Below, piece after piece: positions 60,717-64,000 of a stretch of 64,000 bases of DNA (the first letter of the stretch is position 1; every line of letters starts with the position of its first letter). The stretch spans positions 1,056,001 through 1,120,000 of the forward strand of contig JBMNHS010000001.1 of assembly GCA_050950505.1 (NCBI GenBank), in the 5' to 3' direction. This DNA is from Candidatus Methanomethylophilaceae archaeon. Lineage in GTDB: Archaea > Thermoplasmatota > Thermoplasmata > Methanomassiliicoccales > Methanomethylophilaceae. The notes under the pieces are model-generated. The model was given only the letters and a program-made list of their open reading frames with translations, was not told the DNA's origin and searched no databases. Made by a program: the position numbers and the translations under genes.

Positions 60717-62170
60717 CGCCTCTCGCCATGGTTCTGATGCCTCTGATCTTCGGCGTGATGCTCCTGTTCATCAGGAATATGAAGTTCCTCCCGTACGTTT
60801 CGTTGACGGGGGCCGTCGCTTTCCTTGCTGTTACCGTTGCATGCTGTCTCCCTCATCTGAGGGGGGAAGCATACAACGATTCGATATGGTACATCGACAG
60901 TCTGTCCGCTTTCTTCCTGACCGTAACCGCGGTGATTTCCTTCGCCGCCGTTTTGTATTCGAAAAGTTACATGGAAATCGAACATGAGAACGAAGTGTTC
61001 AGCACCAAAGAAGTGAGCCATTATTACTTCATAGTGTTCGCTTTCATTGCGATAATACTCTTCACTTTCTCCGTACGGTCCGCAGCGCTCACGTGGATAG
61101 GAATCGGCATGACCACTTTGGTTTCCGCTTTCCTTGTCGGATTGCGCAAGGATGCCGCGGCCACCGAAGCCGCCTGGAAATACATCATGCTGTGTTCCGT
61201 AGGGATAATGCTGGCATTGTTCGGAATCGCATTATTGTTCGCCGCGTCAACCGACGTCATACCGGACAGCGATTCTCTTGATTGGCCCGCGTTGGTTCTC
61301 AATGCTTTGGATCTCAATCCGGTTCTGATGAAGTTCGCCGCCGCTTTCTTTATAATAGGTCTCGGAACGAAAGCGGGATTGGCCCCGTTGCACAACTGGC
61401 TGCCGGATGCCCACAGTCAGGCTCCCGGTCCGGTGAGCGGAATGATGTCCGGAATTCTGCTTAACTGCGCAATGTACGGAATCATGAGGTTTTACACCGT
61501 ATCGGAACTGGTCAACCCCGGGTTCGCAAAGAATATTTTGCTTCTGTTCGGAGTTCTTTCTTTGGTGATTGCCTCTTCGTTCATACTCATTTCAAAAGAT
61601 TTCAAAAGGATGCTGGCTTATTCAAGCGTGGAGAACATGGGGTTGATTGCCATAGCCCTGGGAATCGGGACTCCCCTTGCATTGTTCGGAGCCGTATTCC
61701 AAATAATGGCACACTCCGTGTGCAAACCGTTGATATTCTTCTGTTCCGGAAACGTCGCACAGGCTTACGGAACAGGAAACATGTCAGAAATACGCAACGT
61801 TTCGAAGAAAATGAAATTTACCGGGTTCGCAACGGCGGCCGGGGGGTTGGCCGTGGCGGGGGCTCCGCCTTTCCCGTTGTTCATCGGCGAATTGCTGATA
61901 ATTTTCGGTGCGATAAGCGCGGGAATGTACTGGTTGGCGGGATTCCTGGGCATCATACTCGTGTTCGTCTTCGCCGCCCTCATCAAGAACATATTCCCCA
62001 TGCTTTCCGGTTCAACCGACAAAGAAGTCAGCGAAGGGAAATCTCCGTTCGGAAGTTTCGCAATCGTTTTACTCATAGGGATTGCTCTGTTCATCGGACT
62101 TTTCATGCCCGAATCCATGAGGGACGTCTTTGAAAGCATGGTTTTGATTCTGTCGGGAGGCGGGGCATGA
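60713..62170 (+). CDS. hyfF: Hyf/Ehr antiporter-like subunit (HyfF-like)
   Basis: EAAWKY, PLHNWLPDAHSQAP, KRMLAYSSVE. Confidence 0.87.
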   Translation: MTPLAMVLMPLIFGVMLLFIRNMKFLPYVSLTGAVAFLAVTVACCLPHLRGEAYNDSIWYIDSLSAFFLTVTAVISFAAVLYSKSYMEIEHENEVFSTKEVSHYYFIVFAFIAIILFTFSVRSAALTWIGIGMTTLVSAFLVGLRKDAAATEAAWKYIMLCSVGIMLALFGIALLFAASTDVIPDSDSLDWPALVLNALDLNPVLMKFAAAFFIIGLGTKAGLAPLHNWLPDAHSQAPGPVSGMMSGILLNCAMYGIMRFYTVSELVNPGFAKNILLLFGVLSLVIASSFILISKDFKRMLAYSSVENMGLIAIALGIGTPLALFGAVFQIMAHSVCKPLIFFCSGNVAQAYGTGNMSEIRNVSKKMKFTGFATAAGGLAVAGAPPFPLFIGELLIIFGAISAGMYWLAGFLGIILVFVFAALIKNIFPMLSGSTDKEVSEGKSPFGSFAIVLLIGIALFIGLFMPESMRDVFESMVLILSGGGA

Positions 62171-63625
62171 TACTGAACAGATCCACATACTGCGACAGCG
62201 ATGCGTTGACCCAGTTCATAGGTAACTATCACGCGGACGGATGGAGAGTGATGGATATTTTCGCTTACGATCTTTCGCCGGGATTCATGATGAACTTCCT
62301 TCTCAGACGGGGGAGCGACATACTCAGGATCACCTCCGACGTTGACGAAACGTATCCCGCCGTCACTCCTGCGGTTCCTTCCGCTTCGCTGTTCGAAAGA
62401 AAGGTTTGGGAGATGAACGGCATCGTCCCCGAAGGTCACGAAGATCTCTCGCCCGTGATTTACTGGAGGAAAGGTGACGGGTATCCCCTTCAGAAAGAAC
62501 CTTACATGACATTTGACGAAACCAGAATACCCGTGCCGAAAAACCGTTTGGCGGGGCCGGGAGTGTTTGAAATACCCGTGGGGCCCGTACACGCCGGAGT
62601 CATAGAACCCGGCCATTTCAGATTCAGCACCGCGGGGGAACCCATACTTGAACTGAAAGTGCATCTGGGATACACCCACAAAGGAATCGAGAAACTGATG
62701 GAGGGTTCCGTGGACCGCAACCTGTCGCATCTTGCCGAAAGGATCTCCGGCGACAATGCGGTCGCCCACAGTCTTGCTCACGCTCACGCCATGGAAGGCA
62801 TCACGGAAATACCCGAAAGGGCCCGTATAATCCGTGTCATACTGTCCGAATTGGAAAGGATACACAATCATCTTGAAGTCATGTCCGGGCTTTGCACGGA
62901 CACCGCGTTCAGCGTCGCCGCGGCTTTCGGTCAAGAAACGCGGGAAATACTGCTGAGAACCAATCAGGAAGTCTTCGGAAACAGACTTCTCATGGGAAAC
63001 ATCGTCCCCGGGGGAGTGAGGAGAGACCTTACCCCGGAAAAAATCAAGAAGCTCGAGAACGCGGTCATGAAAGCGAGTTTTGCAGCCTCCAAGTTGGACG
63101 GCTACATGACGAAATCCCCGTCGGAAACCGATAGATTGGAAACCACGGGAATCCTTACGGAGGAGTATGCCGAAAAACTCGGTACGGTGGGAGTCATCGC
63201 AAGAGCCAGCGGCATAGAATCCGACGTCAGGAAAGAAGTTCCTTATGACAAATACGGCGATTTGTCGCTGAACGTCATTACCCGGAAGAAAGGGGATTGC
63301 TTGGCCCGGTCCTCCGTAAGGGCAGGAGAGATAAACGAATCCGTCAGTCTGATACTTCAGTGTCTCACAAAAATAGAAACCGGAGACATCATGACGGAAC
63401 CGGAAATACCGAGAGGCATGGCCTGCGGCATAGTCGAATCTCCCCAGGGGCGAATTGCTGCACAGTGCGGAAATCATAGACAATGAAATTTGGAGATACA
63501 GCATAAGGGATCCGTCTTTCGTCAACTGGCCGGCGTTGGAGGTGTCTGTATTGAAGGACATCGTTCCCGATTTCCCGTTGATCAACAAAAGTTTTGGGCT
63601 GTCCTACAGCGGGAATGACGTGTGA
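62167..63625 (+). pseudogene. Ehr/HyfG-like large subunit without NiFe ligands; +1 frameshift at 63442-63445 (or read error)
   Basis: GPVHAGVIEPGHF, ERISGD; +1 frame continues RGELL..RDPSFVNWPAL..DFPLINKSFGLSYSGNDV. Confidence 0.8.
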
Positions 63626-63634
63626 GGTGAAAGA

Positions 63635-64000
63635 ATGATAAAAAGAAGCCTGCTGAATTTCTTTTCAAGGAATAAACCCGCCGAGTCGCCGAAGGATATG
63701 GACAAAACGCCGCTGATGATGCCTTTTGTCGATGAAGGCTGCGAAAGATGCGGGAGATGTGCCGATATATGTCCTTCTTACGCCATAGAAATAACTGAAG
63801 AATGGACCATCGATGCGGGAAAGTGCATATTCTGCCTGGATTGCCTCGATGTCTGTCCCATGGGTATCATGGGCACCGTAAAAGTGCCGTTGTACGCTCT
63901 GAAAAGAGAGGATTTGGTATTCTCCGAATCCGAACCTCCCAAGGATACCGCGGAAACTCTGAACAAAGAAATAACAGACGCCATCGGAAAATCGATTTCC
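63635..64000 (+). CDS. Hyf/Ehr 2x[4Fe-4S] subunit (partial)
   Basis: CERCGRCADICP, CIFCLDCLDVCP; SD GAGGTGA. Confidence 0.85.
   Translation, partial: MIKRSLLNFFSRNKPAESPKDMDKTPLMMPFVDEGCERCGRCADICPSYAIEITEEWTIDAGKCIFCLDCLDVCPMGIMGTVKVPLYALKREDLVFSESEPPKDTAETLNKEITDAIGKSIS

Noticed and set aside
1-64000. CRISPR array, transposase, integrase or prophage
   Set aside because: No regularly spaced repeats or mobile-element motifs seen

Overview
Core-genome window from a Methanomassiliicoccales-like (Thermoplasmata) methanogenic archaeon. The assignment is inferred from archaeal LeuRS, the rps19e-rpl39e-rpl31e-aIF6 cluster, methanogenesis marker 2, Tyw1 and a 7S SRP RNA. It holds 64 complete CDS, 2 partial CDS, tRNA-Leu(TAG), tRNA-Ser(TGA) and SRP RNA; no transposase, integrase or CRISPR array was seen. 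Main modules: U32 protein with two pilin-like genes, aryl-acid activation (2x PaaK, ACT, IorAB) with a SelB-like factor, Pst/PhoU phosphate uptake, NrdD, and a Hyf/Ehr complex lacking NiFe ligands. Most notable: (1) none of the 64 complete CDS ends in TAG, and a wHTH-like gene appears to read through an in-frame amber codon (likely pyrrolysine); (2) an unannotated ~233-nt structured RNA with its own TATA box and T-run between corA and nrdD; (3) an RHH gene bracketed by two hairpins with the same loop motif, plus a coupled uORF; (4) a circularly permuted PstS; (5) a URRC tetraloop in SRP helix 8; (6) probable CTG/ACG starts; (7) single-base +1 frameshifts in XPD and the Ehr large subunit. All calls were made by eye; no searches or folding programs were run.
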